From positions 1 to 16,803 of the forward strand of contig JBFLZG010000127.1 in assembly GCA_040756235.1 (NCBI GenBank): DNA of 16,803 bases, read 5' to 3'. This stretch comes from a bacterium. Lineage in GTDB: Bacteria > Desulfobacterota > DSWW01. The translations under genes were made by a program, and so were the position numbers. Below the pieces are notes generated by a model. That model saw only the letters and a program-made list of their open reading frames with translations, was not told the DNA's origin and did not search any database. Positions 15,158 through 16,803 of the stretch are shown piece by piece (the stretch's first letter is position 1; every line of letters starts with the position of its first letter).

Positions 15158-16624
15158 TCAGAGCCCCCAACGGCCCGGATTCAGAATTCCGTTGGGATCC
15201 AGGCAGGACTTCACCCGCTCCAGGAGCTGGAAAAACCCGGAGCTGTCCCGCTCCCGAAGCTTCTCAACGGCCCAGGCCGGGGACTTGTAGGGAACGTAGC
15301 GGAGCTCGAGCAGGCAATCGGCCAGCCGGGACAGGGTGCCTCGCGTCCGTGCCACGTCGCGGGGATCCTGGCGGTCGAAGTGCAGGATGAAGCGCAGGAC
15401 CCAGAAATGCCCGCCTTTCATCGGCCGCGAGACGAGGACCGGAGGAAACCCTTCCTCTTCCAGGATGCGGAAGCACTGCTCGGCCCCCTGGGCCCAGTTC
15501 TTCCCCGGGCCGTACGATCCGACCCAGGTCATGCCGCCAGGGCCGTAGTCGAGCAGGAAGTCCAGGGTGGTCGGGAACTCGGCCAGCTTGGCGTAGTTGG
15601 GATTGATCCGGACGAGATCGTCCACGTCGAGGGGATCCTCGACGATGAATCCTTCGCGCCTGATCTCCCGGATCAGATCCTCCGTGATCTGCTCCTTCAC
15701 GCTCATGTGGCCCGCGTTCTCCGCGTAGAGGTCCCCATAGACGAACAGGGTCGGCTCGCCGGGGCAGAGGGCGAGCCGGCCCCGGGCGCCGAAGAGCATT
15801 TTGCCCGCCGCCCAGGACACGCACGCCAGATCGTCGAAGGCCTCTTTCCGGCACAGGGTTCGCATGATCCGGTAAGCGGTCCTCGGGTCGTACACGGCGA
15901 TGAAGAAACGCCTGCGCAGCGGCGGCACGGGCCAGATCTGCAAGGCCCCCTTGGTCACGATCCCGCTCGCGCCCTGCCAGCCCAGAAACAGGCCGGCCAG
16001 GTCCGGCAGCGGCACGCGCGCGTGCCAGGAGTCCACGACCGCGGCCGACCCCACCCGCACCAGCTCGCCCGTGGGCAGCACGACCTCCAGCCCGTTGATC
16101 CAGTCGGACATGGCTCCGTGGCGCATGCTCATGTTGTTCAGCCCGTCCATGAGGGCGTTGCTCAACGCCGAGGTCTGAGGCGGCGCCAGCGGGTAGCTGT
16201 AGCGGTATCCGGGATGGTGTTTGTCCAGGTAGGCCCGAATCATCCCGAAGGTCACGCCCGGCTCGACCACGATGTACAGGTCTTCTTCATTCACCTCCAG
16301 AATGGCGCGCATGCGCTTGAGGTCCACGATGACCGCCTCCCTGGCCGGGATCGCCAGGCCTCCCATGTTCAGCCCGTAGGTGAAGGGGACGAGCGGGATC
16401 CCGAAGCGGTTGGCTTCCTCCACGATGCGCTGGACCTCGCGTGCGGATCCGGGCATGACCACGCCCAGCGGCCATCGCGGCTCATTCTCGGTCAGGTCCT
16501 GGGAGTAGACGTAGAGCGTCGCCGGGTCCCAGGCCACGAACTCGGGACCAACGATGCCCTGGAGGGCTGCGAGGAAGAGCTTGGTCTTGTCGGTTTCTTC
16601 GGAAGCCGGGATCTCAATCGGCAT
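15158..16624 (-). CDS. FAD-binding oxidoreductase (VAO/PCMH-type fold, GlcD-like)
   Basis: VVMPGS..EVQ, IVDLKRM, VEPGVTF, GLEVVLPTGE, PDL.GLF.G.QG..GIVTK, C-terminal DPNGILNPG; AAGGAG RBS; stop 3 bp before the Fe-S gene start. Confidence 0.88.
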   Translation of the reverse strand: MPIEIPASEETDKTKLFLAALQGIVGPEFVAWDPATLYVYSQDLTENEPRWPLGVVMPGSAREVQRIVEEANRFGIPLVPFTYGLNMGGLAIPAREAVIVDLKRMRAILEVNEEDLYIVVEPGVTFGMIRAYLDKHHPGYRYSYPLAPPQTSALSNALMDGLNNMSMRHGAMSDWINGLEVVLPTGELVRVGSAAVVDSWHARVPLPDLAGLFLGWQGASGIVTKGALQIWPVPPLRRRFFIAVYDPRTAYRIMRTLCRKEAFDDLACVSWAAGKMLFGARGRLALCPGEPTLFVYGDLYAENAGHMSVKEQITEDLIREIRREGFIVEDPLDVDDLVRINPNYAKLAEFPTTLDFLLDYGPGGMTWVGSYGPGKNWAQGAEQCFRILEEEGFPPVLVSRPMKGGHFWVLRFILHFDRQDPRDVARTRGTLSRLADCLLELRYVPYKSPAWAVEKLRERDSSGFFQLLERVKSCLDPNGILNPGRWGL

Positions 16625-16670
16625 GGACCGAGCTCCTTCGCGATCGTTTTCGGCGGAGCCGGGAGCCTAG

Positions 16671-16803
16671 GAGGCTGTCCATAAATGCCCATCTGCTGCG
16701 TTGCGCTCATCCTTCGTCATTGCGGCGTACTCCCATGTACGCCTCATTCCTCAGGATTTCGCGCGCCTTGCATCTGGACATTTCTGAACAGCCTCCCGGA
16801 GCC
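16671..16803 (+). mobile_element. MITE-like element, copy 6 (minimal form; tail cut by window end)
   Basis: CTAG (16667-16670) | GAGGCTGTCCATAAATGCCCA ... GGCGTAC-TCCCAT-GTACGCC ... TGGACATTTCTGAACAGCCTC (16795), ends pair 18/21; then the start of the tail, CCGGAGCC. Confidence 0.85.

Noticed and set aside
13895..16684. 929-aa plus-strand ORF
   Set aside because: Antisense shadow of the in-frame FAD and Fe-S genes; starts in a REP, ends in a MITE, and shows no domain signature
1691..16803. Dispersed repeats as a CRISPR array or integron attC cassette array
   Set aside because: No regular repeat-spacer periodicity and no cas or intI gene; mixed orientations, no GTTRRRY/RYYYAAC ends, and the intervening genes are core metabolism

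Overview
GC-rich bacterial DNA, probably from an anaerobic Desulfobacterota/'deltaproteobacterial' genome (inferred from gene content). It holds 14 housekeeping/metabolic genes: a purF-like gene, a multi-S1-domain (RpsA-like) gene, an OadG-like subunit plus biotin carrier, a hexapeptide acyltransferase, an acyl-CoA dehydrogenase, an iscS-like/iscU pair, pyk, a ferredoxin, shikimate kinase, pyrG, and an FAD-oxidoreductase plus CCG Fe-S protein. Two things stand out. (1) Altered catalytic residues: the IscS homologue lacks the PLP Schiff-base Lys (AANSF instead of SxHK) and the substrate-binding Arg but keeps its Cys, and it is paired with an IscU carrying a C-terminal zinc ribbon. The PurF homologue has Ser in place of the N-terminal glutaminase Cys. 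(2) The intergenic space carries a nested repeat system: six copies of a MITE-like hairpin element (CTAG target duplication in two copies, a doubled right end, frequent placement at stop codons, swappable internal REP-like modules, one copy supplying the IscS C-terminus), plus free GTAG-type and CGTC/dRS3-type REP palindromes. No transposase, CRISPR array, tRNA or rRNA is visible.
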